Below, in pieces: positions 1-9,448 of a DNA stretch of 64,000 bases. The translations under genes and the position numbers were made by a program. The stretch spans positions 637,534-701,533 of the forward strand of contig CAVXHP010000006.1 in the NCBI GenBank assembly GCA_963761725.1, given 5' to 3'. The notes beneath the pieces are model-generated. The model was given only the letters and a program-made list of their open reading frames with translations. It had not been told where the DNA came from and did not search any database. The first letter of the stretch is position 1, and the number at the start of each line of letters is the position of its first letter. This DNA is from an uncultured Cytophagales bacterium (GTDB lineage Bacteria > Bacteroidota > Bacteroidia > Cytophagales > Bernardetiaceae).

Positions 1-1317
1 ATCAGTGGACAACTTCTCTCTACTTTAGATTCTATTACAAGAGCACAAAATCAAAATGGTTCGCATACCTATGAACTTCAATTTGAAGTAAAGAATGGAT
101 TAGCTTCAAGTAGCCAAAGTACAGAGCTTATTCTTCAACCCATGACAAAATATGATGTTCGTGATCCAAAAATTGCTTGGGAAGAAAACAAACGCAGAAG
201 AATAAATAAGTCTCAGATTATATCTGTTATTGCCGAAAAATTATTTTTTCAAAATCAAGAAAAACCTATCCAACATCGTACTAGTCGTCCTGTAATTGAT
301 TCAATTTTACAGGAGGAAATGCAGAATAAAGGTGTTGCATTGGATTATGATTTTGCAGTTTTTAATCACGCTCAAAAGAAATGGTATTTTGCAAGCCCTA
401 ATACAAGTAATGAGTTTTTAATTGAAACGAATTATTGTACAAAGCTGTTTCCGAATGATATGCGTAATCCAGACAATTTGTTGTGCGTCTATTTTCCTAC
501 CGAATCCAAGTATTTAATGGGGAAAATGGCAATGATATTATCGTCTTCTATTATTTTTATTGGTGTAATTATTTTGTGTTTTGGAGCTGCTATTTATACA
601 ATTATTCGTCAGAAAAAGGTATCTCAAGTAACCAATGATTTTATAAATAATATGACTCATGAGTTCAAAACTCCAATTGCTACTATTTCTCTTACTCGTG
701 AAATTTTGCAAGACCCTACTATTCAGCAGAGTCCAGAAAAAACAAATCGATATTTGGGAGTAATTGCAGATGAGAGCAAACGCCTTAGTGCACAGGTAGA
801 AAAAGTATTACAGGCAGCAAAATTGGATAGAAAAGATTTTAAATTAAATATAAAATCGTTAGATATTCATCAGATTATTGAAAAAGTAATTCGTAATAGT
901 GCTGTCCAAGTAGAGAATAGAGGAGGTAAAATTTTTACGGATTTGAAGGCGACCCAAACACTTTTCGAAGGCGATCAAGTGCATATTACTAGCATTGTTT
1001 CGAATCTTATAGATAATGCAAATAAATATTCGCCCGAAATACCACGCATAGAAATTCAAACCAAAAATACTTCAAATGGAATTTCAATCAAGTTTATTGA
1101 TGAAGGACAAGGAATTCCGAAGAAGGTAATGAACAAAATCTTTGATAAATTTTATAGAGTTCCCACAGGAAATGTCCACAATGTAAAAGGTTTCGGATTA
1201 GGACTCAGTTATGTAAAATCTATGGTGGAGGCACATCACGGAACAATAAGTGTAGAAAGTGAACTTGAAAAAGGTTCTGTCTTTACAATCAAATTACCTT
1301 TCAAACAACCTGTATAG
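1..1317 (+). CDS. Two-component sensor histidine kinase (HisKA + HATPase_c), 5' partial; reading frame is open from window position 1
   Basis: Frame 1 is open from nt 1 through the ATG at 142. TM segment (MAMILSSSIIFIGVIILCFGAAIYTII), H-box HEFKTPIATISL, N-box LIDNANKYS and G-box GFGLGLSYVKSMVEAHHG. Confidence 0.85.
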   Translation: MSGQLLSTLDSITRAQNQNGSHTYELQFEVKNGLASSSQSTELILQPMTKYDVRDPKIAWEENKRRRINKSQIISVIAEKLFFQNQEKPIQHRTSRPVIDSILQEEMQNKGVALDYDFAVFNHAQKKWYFASPNTSNEFLIETNYCTKLFPNDMRNPDNLLCVYFPTESKYLMGKMAMILSSSIIFIGVIILCFGAAIYTIIRQKKVSQVTNDFINNMTHEFKTPIATISLTREILQDPTIQQSPEKTNRYLGVIADESKRLSAQVEKVLQAAKLDRKDFKLNIKSLDIHQIIEKVIRNSAVQVENRGGKIFTDLKATQTLFEGDQVHITSIVSNLIDNANKYSPEIPRIEIQTKNTSNGISIKFIDEGQGIPKKVMNKIFDKFYRVPTGNVHNVKGFGLGLSYVKSMVEAHHGTISVESELEKGSVFTIKLPFKQPV

Positions 1318-1397
1318 AAATTGAGGAAAGGAGAAAAGGAGTTTAGAGAATGGGAAATATTTCATTGAAGTGTTTCCCATTTTTTATTTTTATCTTT

Positions 1398-3185
1398 TTA
1401 CCCAACTTTCAAACTCTTCAATAGAAAGTGTTTTAAGCGTTTTTGATTCTTCAAAAGTCCTCCTTTCTGAGCTATTTTTACGCCCCATTGTGTATCTTTC
1501 AAGCCTTCGATAGTGTGTGCATCAGGACTGATACAGAGCCAAACATTTTTTTGCATAGCGTAATTAATCCATTTCCAATCCAAATCCAGACGATACGGAT
1601 TTGCATTTATTTCTATGGCTACATTATATTCTGCACAGGCATCAATTATTTTTTGGTGGTCTATTGGATAGCCTTCTCTTCTCAAAAGTAGCCTTCCTGT
1701 TGGGTGTCCTAGTATTTTTGTGTATGGATTTTGAATAGCTTTGAGTAGTCTTTCCGTTGCTTTTTCCTCACTCATTCCCAAAACAGAATGCACAGAAGCA
1801 ATAACGACTTCAAAACCTTTTAATACATTCTCATTATAATCCAAACTTCCATCATTCAAAATATCGGATTCTATTCCTTTAAAGATACGAAAGGGAGCTA
1901 ATTTTTTATTAAGTTCTTCTATTTCTCTCCATTGCTGTTCTACTCGTTCTTTATTTAGTCCATTTGCATAAAAAGCAGATTGAGAATGGTCAGAAATTAC
2001 CAAATAAGAATGACCTAACTTTTGTGCAGCTAAAGCCATTTGCTCAATAGTATTCTGACCGTCGCTATACTTGGAATGGTTATGAATTGTTCCCTTTAAA
2101 TCTTCCAATTGCAAAAGGTCATTTTGATTATTTTCTTTTGCCCATTTCCATTCTTGTAAATCATTCTAAACCATTTCTCTGAAAAGCAGGAATAAAATTC
2201 GAACCTACTTTTTGATAAATTTCTTCTTCTGAATTTGCTTTTTGATAAGAAGCCGAAAGCAAGGAAGTTTCTAAATGATTCGGATTATTTGAGGAATAAT
2301 TAAGATGAGAAATGGAAGCCGATTCTCTCAAAAGTTTGCCATAAAAATTATATTTGTCGGTAAAATGAATTTGGATATTCAAATCAATTTCATCAAAATT
2401 TCCTTTCCATAAAAAAGGCGAATTTTCTTTTTTGTTTTTACTCTCACTTATTCCGTCCAAATTATTCAAAAACTCAACTACTTCTTTACTTGATTTATTT
2501 TCATGTAAAACAATTACAAAAGAAAGCGTATCAATAATCGGTTCGTGCCTTGCTACTTGTCCTGCAAGGCTTATTTTTTCTATTAGTTCTTTCTTATCTA
2601 TTTTTGGAAACTTTCTAAACTTTTGAGAATATAATCAGAATACTGAAAAGCAATATTGATACGCTGTTTTCCTTCCTGTTTTCCTAAAAATTCTATTTGA
2701 CTAGCTATATTTTCGGCTGTCTTTTTGCCGAACCCTTTTGTTTTTTCTAAAGAACCATCTTGGGTAGCTTCGTACAAATCCTGAACTGTTTCAATGTCTA
2801 GTTCTGTCCAAATAACACGAATTTTTTTTGCTCCCAAACCTTTAATATTCAACATTTCAAAAACTCCTACTGGCGTTTGTTCTGTAAGTTCGTTCAATTC
2901 TTTAAAACTTCCATTTTCTAAAAGTGAAGCTATTTTATCACTCATATTCTGACTAAAACCTAAAGCGATAAGTTCTTTTTGAGATAATTTTGCAGCTTCT
3001 TCGTTTAGATTTTCTAATCGTGTAGCTGTTCCAGTATAAGAACGTACTTTGAAAGGGTTTTCATTGTGAAGTTCTAGTAAAGAACCTGTTAGTTTGAAGG
3101 CTTGAGCAAGCTGTTTGTTAGTCATCTTTTGAAGTAGAAAGGGATAGAAAAGAGGTAGATTTATTTCTCTGGCAAAGATAAGCAA
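1398..3185 (-). pseudogene. polX: DNA polymerase X family (Pol beta-like N-terminal 8kDa/HhH domain + C-terminal PHP phosphoesterase), broken into at least 3 ORFs (2598-3185, 2161-2469, 1398-2114)
   Basis: N-terminal fragment has the PolX lyase/HhH signature (NPFKVRSY, GLGAKKI, GFGKKTAENI). C-terminal fragment has the PHP motif HNHSKYSDG...ISDHS. The three pieces total ~535 aa over ~1.79 kb, the size of an intact PolX. Frame changes and an uncovered 128-nt gap (2470-2597) separate the fragments. Confidence 0.65.
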
Positions 3186-3223
3186 AAACTACTATTCTTG
3201 TTTCCTTGTTTTGAAGCATTACA

Positions 3224-5146
3224 TCAAACTCTTAAACCCAAAATAGTCATATCATCTCGTTGAGCTTCTCCATCTTTGAAGGTTTCAAATTCTTCCAAAA
3301 GTTCTTGTTTTTGAGTAGCAAAAGGATGTTCTTTGATTTGCTCTAGTAGTTGAACTAATCTTTGAGTTCCATATTTTGTTCTTTTAATGTTGTTTTGGTC
3401 TGCAAATCCGTCTGTTGTGAGGTATAATGTATCACCAACTTTCAAGTGAATGGTATGTGTTACAAACTGTTGATTTTCCTGTTTTTGCTTTCCTCCTATA
3501 CTTCTTTTATTTCCTTTTATTTTCAAAAATTGACCTTCTTGAATGTAATAAAGTGGACGATGTGCTCCTGCAAAAGTTACCTGTTTTCCAAAATCTGTAT
3601 TTTCGATAGCACAAACTGCTACTTCCATGCCATCATCATTTTTTCCTTCATTTTGCTTTAGAGCGTGCTGAATTTCTAAGTGCAAAATTTCCAAAATCAT
3701 AGCAGGGTCATAGATTTTGCTCTGACCAATTATTTTATTCAAAAGCGTTTGTCCAATCATTGACATAAACGCACCTGGCACTCCATGTCCCGTACAATCT
3801 ACAACAGCAACAAAGGTTATCCGCTTTTTCCGATATACCCAGTAAAAATCTCCAGAAACTACTTTTTGAGGTTTGTAAATAACAAAACTATCTGAAAAAT
3901 ATTCGTTCAGTTCTGATTCGGTAGGCAAAACAGCATCCTGAATCTGACGAGCATAGCGAATAGAATCCATAATCTGAACTTGTGAACGTTCAATTTCTTT
4001 TGTCTTTACCTGACTTTCCTGCAAACTATTCTGTATTTTATTGAGCATCAAACCAAAGTCTTTCGAAAGCCAACCTATTTCATCGTTTGTACTAATCGGA
4101 CTAATAGAATAATTTTCTGAAAAATCATTTTTTATCACTTTATGAATAGATTTGGAAAGTTTACGAACAGGCAGGCTCAATTTCTTACTAATCAGATAGC
4201 TGACAAACATTCCCAAAATAAAACACAAAACAACAATAGCACCTAATGTATATTTTATTCGAAACGTAATTTCTTTCGCTTGTTGTTTGCCTTCTTCGTT
4301 CATCTCTGCTATGATATCAGCAATTTGATAGGCTTTTTGCTGCGTTTGGTGACGCATTCCTTGATGAACATTCAGTCCAATTTGTTTTTCATAATCTACC
4401 ATATCCAGAAACGCATATTGATACTTCCGAAGCAAGTCTAACATTTCTTCTTTACGTTTTTTATCTTTTACAGTTGAGCGAATATCTGCACGAAGCTCTT
4501 GAACGGAAAGAGAAAGCTTGTCAATATATGCTTCTTCTTTACGAATCATAAAATCTTTTTCGTGCCTTCTTACCATCAGTAATTTTTCTCTTTTGAAAGG
4601 CAAATCAGAGTTTTCTATCTCGTGAATAAACTTACGCATCTGTCCTACCTTCCCAAAATCTTTATGTCCTTTTCGCTCTACAATTTGCACAAGATGTTCA
4701 AAAAGTACTTCATATTCTCCTACGGCTTGCTGAAGTTTTAACAATTTTTTGTCAATAGTATCATTACGTAGTTCTTCTCTACTCTTGAGAGCTATTAAAC
4801 CCTTTTGAACATTATATAATTTCTTAATACGAGTGTTCAAATATTGGCTTTCTCCTGTTTTGTAGAAATCATTATTAATAGTTTCGTAGGTAAAAAAATC
4901 CTTTTCTAATCCGTTTAGCGTCTGAATATCAATATAGAGTTGTGTAAGAAGGTCTGTAATATTTACTATACGTTCTCGTTTTTCGTAAAACATAAAGATA
5001 GAACCTATGATAAGTGCCGTAAGAATTAAATAAACACTAAAATAAATTTGCAATTTATTTTTTATCCCTCTAAATTTTTTATTTGGCTGAACAGAAGTGG
5101 TAGAATTTTGAATCATTTTTGAAAAGTATAATTGTAAGCCAAGCAT
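3224..5146 (-). CDS. Membrane sensor protein with HAMP domain and C-terminal PP2C/SpoIIE-type Ser/Thr phosphatase (RsbU-like)
   Basis: N-terminal TM segment and periplasmic region. Second TM followed by a HAMP-like segment. C-terminal PP2C motifs GDFYWV, VDCTGHGVPGAFMSMIG, DGFADQ. Confidence 0.8.
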   Translation of the reverse strand: MLGLQLYFSKMIQNSTTSVQPNKKFRGIKNKLQIYFSVYLILTALIIGSIFMFYEKRERIVNITDLLTQLYIDIQTLNGLEKDFFTYETINNDFYKTGESQYLNTRIKKLYNVQKGLIALKSREELRNDTIDKKLLKLQQAVGEYEVLFEHLVQIVERKGHKDFGKVGQMRKFIHEIENSDLPFKREKLLMVRRHEKDFMIRKEEAYIDKLSLSVQELRADIRSTVKDKKRKEEMLDLLRKYQYAFLDMVDYEKQIGLNVHQGMRHQTQQKAYQIADIIAEMNEEGKQQAKEITFRIKYTLGAIVVLCFILGMFVSYLISKKLSLPVRKLSKSIHKVIKNDFSENYSISPISTNDEIGWLSKDFGLMLNKIQNSLQESQVKTKEIERSQVQIMDSIRYARQIQDAVLPTESELNEYFSDSFVIYKPQKVVSGDFYWVYRKKRITFVAVVDCTGHGVPGAFMSMIGQTLLNKIIGQSKIYDPAMILEILHLEIQHALKQNEGKNDDGMEVAVCAIENTDFGKQVTFAGAHRPLYYIQEGQFLKIKGNKRSIGGKQKQENQQFVTHTIHLKVGDTLYLTTDGFADQNNIKRTKYGTQRLVQLLEQIKEHPFATQKQELLEEFETFKDGEAQRDDMTILGLRV

Positions 5147-5978
5147 ATTCTATAAGCCTTAATTCTTAGTTACAAAATTACTAGAAAGCTACTTTAAAAG
5201 ACCACAAAACGTTTTGCTAAATAATTACACTTTTATAAATTTTGATAAAACATAGAGTTTAAAAATAAAAAATACTTCTTTAAAGTTAGATTAATAAAAG
5301 AATAAACATAACTTTTTATTTTAAAAAAGAGTCAAATTATTTTTATTTGAAGATTTTGTAAATTAATTGTTACAGCTAAAAACAAGTTTTTTCTATTAAT
5401 AAGTTGCTCAACAAGAGAAAGAAAATAGGAAATAAATAGGTTTTGATACATTTTTATTTCCTAAAGATAAAGTAGTAATTATGTTAGATGAAAAAGAAGT
5501 TGCTAAATTTTTGAAAGGAAAAATAGTACTAGAAAATAACAGCACTTTCTACTTCAATACTTACGTTTTTTAAATAAATAAGTGCGTTATCATTTTTGAT
5601 TTGTGAGATTGATAAATCACCTGAATTATTATTAGTTTTATTTTGGCAAAACGATAAGGAAATAAAACAGAAGTAAAGCAGAGTAATAAAACTAAATTTG
5701 TGTAGAAGTGAACTCATAACATTACTAACTAGTGATTGAATTGCAAAAAAAGCTAAATAATTCTTAAAACCTTTATGATAACTTTTATAAAAAACGGTGT
5801 AAAAACTAATTTATACCGTTCTTAGGTCATACTATTTGTGATATGCCAAATGAATGTATATTGGCAAGATTTTTTCCTTATAGTTTGTGATAGTTTTGTA
5901 CATTTAATTTTTGAGTCAAAAATTAGCCTTTTTACTCACTCTCATTATTTATCTTAATTTACCTTACGATAGAATTTT

Positions 5979-6818
5979 ATGAAAACTCGTTTTACTTCTA
6001 CTACTATTTTTTCAATTTTACTTTCTGCTTTCGGATTAGCTATTCTGATTTTGGGAAGTAGTTTTTTTCCTATTTCTTTGAAAGAAAATAAAGTATATTC
6101 CACTTCCTCTACTTTTCCTTCTACTTTTTTATTTCCTTCTCATTTGCTCAAAACCCAGCAAGACACAACAGGAATGGTTTTCGTAAAAGGAAGCGTTTTC
6201 AATATGGGTAGTACTGTCTTTGAAAATGAAATGCCCATTCATGAAGTGGAATTAGATGATTTTTATATTGGAAGATATGAAGTAACAGTAAAACAGTACC
6301 GAGAATTTTGTGAAGCAACAGGAAGAGATATGCCCAAAAAACCTATGTGGGGTTGGGATGATACGCATCCAATTGTTGGTATAACTTGGGACGATGCAAG
6401 TCAGTACGCAGAATGGGTAGGTAAAAGATTACCGACAGAAGCAGAATGGGAATATGCAGCACGAGGAGGTTTGAAAACTCAAAATTATATCTATGCAGGT
6501 GCAAATTATGCCGAAGTAGTAGGGTGGTTTGAAAAAAATTCAGTAGAAATGGTACAGCCTGTTGGTCTAAAAAGACCTAATGAATTAGGAATTTATGATA
6601 TGTCTGGAAATGTTTGGGAATGGTGTTCTGACCATTATGGACGATATAGACAATTGCGTGAAAAAAATCCTAAAGGTGTCCCGCAAGGACTGAATCGTTG
6701 CGTTAGAGGAGGTAGTTGGTTTGGAAATAAAGGAAATCTACGTACAGCAAATCGCTATTACAATCCTCAAGGTTTTGGTAGTAATTTGATTGGATTTAGA
6801 GTAGTAATGGATAAATAA
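5979..6818 (+). CDS. FGE-sulfatase / formylglycine-generating enzyme (SUMF1)-like domain protein with N-terminal signal/TM segment
   Basis: Motifs GRYEVTVKQYREF, WEYAARGG, YDMSGNVWEWCSD, RCVRGGSWF are typical of the FGE-sulfatase (DUF323) fold. Confidence 0.75.
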   Translation: MKTRFTSTTIFSILLSAFGLAILILGSSFFPISLKENKVYSTSSTFPSTFLFPSHLLKTQQDTTGMVFVKGSVFNMGSTVFENEMPIHEVELDDFYIGRYEVTVKQYREFCEATGRDMPKKPMWGWDDTHPIVGITWDDASQYAEWVGKRLPTEAEWEYAARGGLKTQNYIYAGANYAEVVGWFEKNSVEMVQPVGLKRPNELGIYDMSGNVWEWCSDHYGRYRQLREKNPKGVPQGLNRCVRGGSWFGNKGNLRTANRYYNPQGFGSNLIGFRVVMDK

Positions 6819-6820
6819 TC

Positions 6821-6925
6821 AGTTATCAGTTATTAGTTATTAGTTATTAGTTATTAGTTATTAGTTATTAGTTATTAGTTATCAGTTATTAGTTATTAGT
6901 TATCAGTTATTAGTTATTAGTTATA
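6821..6925. repeat. Heptamer tandem repeat (AGTTATY) x15, starting right after the stop of 5979..6818
   Basis: Direct reading: agttatc/agttatt units with no interruption over 105 nt. Confidence 0.9.
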
Positions 6926-6983
6926 GAGTGCGAAACTGCGTTTCTCTGATAATTATTGTAAATGAAAGTTTTTTAATAAAAAA

Positions 6984-7043
6984 AATTCGTAATTCGTAAT
7001 TCGTAATTCGTAATTCGTAATTCGTAATTCGTAATTCGTAATT
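6984..7043. repeat. Heptamer tandem repeat (AATTCGT) x8, between convergent gene ends
   Basis: aattcgt repeated 8 times then a partial unit. The same heptamer recurs at 47771-47795 and degenerate copies occur at 49041 and 54455-54532. Confidence 0.9.
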
Positions 7044-7060
7044 ATAATAAAATTAACTGA

Positions 7061-8386
7061 TTACTGTTCACTGATTACTGACTTAAGTTCCCAGTTTGCA
7101 GCATCTTGGTAGATTTCTCTGTTTGCTTCTTGAAATGCTTTTTGTGCTTCTGCGTAGTTTTCCATTCGTTTATAACATAACCCTAACAGAAAATAGTATT
7201 TCGAACGGTCTTCGTTTTCTAGTTTTGGAAACTGTTTGAATAGTTCTTTTAATACTACAATTCCCTCCTTATCTCTCACTGTTTTATAATTAGAAAGAGC
7301 TTTTAAAAAGTAGATTTCGTGTTTATTTTTTTCTAAAAACAAACACGAATCTGCCATTTTTATAGCTTCATTATACCGTTTTTCGTGTACATAAAGGCGT
7401 GTAAGATCAGCATAATAATTTGCATTTCTCTCCTTTGAATACTCTACTTTTCTTCTCAAAAAATTAATCACATCAGATTTGTCATCTTTTCGTCCTTCTA
7501 CTTGATTGATAAAAATTTGTGCAGGCGAATAATCTGGCTTTATAATAAGAGCAGTTTGGAGATAGCGAAGACTTCTATCAAAATCATATAGAAAAAAATA
7601 AACATAACCCAAATTATAATAATATTGAGGTGCCGTATTTTCTAACTCTGTTTTAAGTTTTTCATCCTTTATGCGTGCATAATACGTTTTCATTTCTTCT
7701 AAATCTTGCATACGAAAAGCACAACTGGTATAAATAAAAGCAGCTTTTTGAATGGGGTAAGCGTTTGAAGACGTTTTTTCTAAGATAGCTTTTGTGAGTT
7801 TTTGAGCCGTTTGATAGTCTGAATTTTGATACAAAATATTCGCTAAACAAAGAGCAATAGGAGGAGGAATATTATTTATATCTTCACTTTTGAGATAATC
7901 AGTTGCATAGCCTAGCGTTTTTTTATCAAATTTACTAACCTGATCAGAAAGAATAATTATACTTCCTAAAATTATACTTTTCTCTTCTTTATCAGAACTA
8001 GAAACATGTGATAATGCTGTTTCATAGTACGAAAATGCTTGTGGAATAGAATCCACTTTTTCATGCAAAATCCCTAATCTATAATTGGCTTCAAAATTAG
8101 TTTTGTCTACTTTAATGGCTTCTTTGTAGAGTTCAACAGCTTTTGGAATGTTTTTTAATTGTTCTAAATAAAAACCTGTATAATATAATAGTTCTGTATT
8201 TTCTGAATCTGCACTTAATTCTGTTCTCAAAAGATTTAATCCATCTTGAGGGTTTCCATTTTGAGCCATTTCTACAGCTTGTGTGTAAACTTTTGGTTGT
8301 GCTTGTAAAAAATTTACAGTAAAAAGTATAAAAAATAGAAAACTATTCAAAATAAAAAATCTAATAAATAACAAATTATTTCTCAT
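7061..8386 (-). CDS. TPR-repeat protein with N-terminal signal peptide
   Basis: Hydrophobic N-terminus. Recurring TPR-like A/Y/L patterns (ELYKEAIKVDKTNFEANYRLG, AFSYYETAL, AEAQKAFQEA). Confidence 0.7.
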   Translation of the reverse strand: MRNNLLFIRFFILNSFLFFILFTVNFLQAQPKVYTQAVEMAQNGNPQDGLNLLRTELSADSENTELLYYTGFYLEQLKNIPKAVELYKEAIKVDKTNFEANYRLGILHEKVDSIPQAFSYYETALSHVSSSDKEEKSIILGSIIILSDQVSKFDKKTLGYATDYLKSEDINNIPPPIALCLANILYQNSDYQTAQKLTKAILEKTSSNAYPIQKAAFIYTSCAFRMQDLEEMKTYYARIKDEKLKTELENTAPQYYYNLGYVYFFLYDFDRSLRYLQTALIIKPDYSPAQIFINQVEGRKDDKSDVINFLRRKVEYSKERNANYYADLTRLYVHEKRYNEAIKMADSCLFLEKNKHEIYFLKALSNYKTVRDKEGIVVLKELFKQFPKLENEDRSKYYFLLGLCYKRMENYAEAQKAFQEANREIYQDAANWELKSVISEQ

Positions 8387-8452
8387 ACTTTTTTAGCTGG
8401 TTCAATTAGTACAACCGTCGTTGAGGTCTGAACCATCAACAAGGATTTAGAT

Positions 8453-9064
8453 TTATTTAATTTCGAAATCTAACATTTTTTTCTCTCTTATAAAACCCTC
8501 TAATTTGTCTCCTATATTTACCTTTGCTACACCTGCTGGCGTTCCCGTAAAAATAATATCTCCTATTTTAAGAGTAAAGAATTTAGAAATATAAGCTATT
8601 ATTTCATCAAAATTCCAAATCATAAGGTTGTTATTTCCCTTCTGACGAACTTCTCCATTTACCTCCAAATGAAAATCAATAGAATTTATATCTCTAATCT
8701 CTGAAAGCTCTACCCATTCAGAAACAGGAGCAGAACCATTAAAACCCTTTGCAATATCCCAAGGAAGACCTTTTTCTTTTGCTTTGGACTGCAAATCTCT
8801 TGCTGTAAAATCTATTCCTAATCCTATTTTGTCGTAATAAGAAGATGCAAATTTTTCTTCAATATGCTTTCCTTCTTTACAGATTCTCAAAAGCAGTTCT
8901 ACTTCGTGGTGAATATCGCTGCTAAAATCTGGATGATAAAATGGGTCATTATTTTTAAGAATTGCAGTATCTGGTTTTAAAAATATGACAGGTTCGGTAG
9001 GTCTTTCGTTTTGAAGTTCGGCAATATGGTCTGCGTAATTCCTGCCAATGCAAAGTATTTTCAT
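8453..9064 (-). CDS. Fumarylacetoacetate hydrolase (FAH) family protein (2-keto-4-pentenoate hydratase/YcgM-like)
   Basis: MKILCIGRNYADH, PVIFLKP, ELLLRI, DFTARDLQ, GLPWDIAKGF are characteristic of the FAH-family C-terminal domain. Confidence 0.8.
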   Translation of the reverse strand: MKILCIGRNYADHIAELQNERPTEPVIFLKPDTAILKNNDPFYHPDFSSDIHHEVELLLRICKEGKHIEEKFASSYYDKIGLGIDFTARDLQSKAKEKGLPWDIAKGFNGSAPVSEWVELSEIRDINSIDFHLEVNGEVRQKGNNNLMIWNFDEIIAYISKFFTLKIGDIIFTGTPAGVAKVNIGDKLEGFIREKKMLDFEIK

Positions 9065-9150
9065 TTTTTTTAAAGAGTTTAAAGAATAGGGAATGGAGAA
9101 TAGTGGTTCTATATGATTTTGGTTGCAAACTTAATCTTATATTTTTTCAA

Positions 9151-9247
9151 GTCTGTACCGAAGGTCTGACTTGAATAAAATAAGTCTTTTCAAAGTAAAA
9201 CCACTTATTTTTGATAGGTCAGACTTTCAGTACAGACCTATCAAAAA
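9151..9247. promoter_or_regulatory. Inverted repeat (20-bp arms GTCTGTACCGAAGGTCTGAC / GTCAGACTTTCAGTACAGAC, 57-bp spacer) in the divergent promoter region between the FAH gene and the GCS2-CBS gene
   Basis: Arms are reverse complements with 2 mismatches. Each arm contains a mini-hairpin (accGAAggt / actTTCagt). Confidence 0.5.
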
Positions 9248-9448
9248 CACAAGTTGCAATCAGATTCATAAAGAACTTTTAATTTACACAAAAATACAAA
9301 ATCAAGTTTGTTTTCTTAAAACATAATTTGAAAAGTAGTGATTAGTTTTATAAAAATTTGGTAACAAACTAAAATAATAAATTAAAATTCGTATTTTGGA
9401 TTAATTTAGAATAGAATAATTTATACAAATACATATATATAAAATTTT

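Noticed and set aside
859-1059. Small antisense ORFs overlapping larger genes (e.g. 859..1059, 1443..1691, 3427..3661, 7662..7850, 10171..10353, 11206..11427, 17225..18113, 33094..33306, 41760..42439, 45543..45833, 60255..60839, 61628..62296)
   Set aside because: All lie within well-supported longer genes on the opposite strand or another frame, and have low-complexity composition. Treated as spurious.
5147-5978. Possible mobile element or ncRNA in the 830-bp AT-rich gap before the FGE-sulfatase gene
   Set aside because: No repeats, palindromes or conserved motifs found on reading. The single 62-aa ORF is low-complexity. Most simply a long promoter/leader region.
6821-7043. Possible CRISPR array
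   Set aside because: Units are 7 nt with no spacers. These are microsatellite-type tandem repeats, not repeat-spacer structures. No cas genes present.
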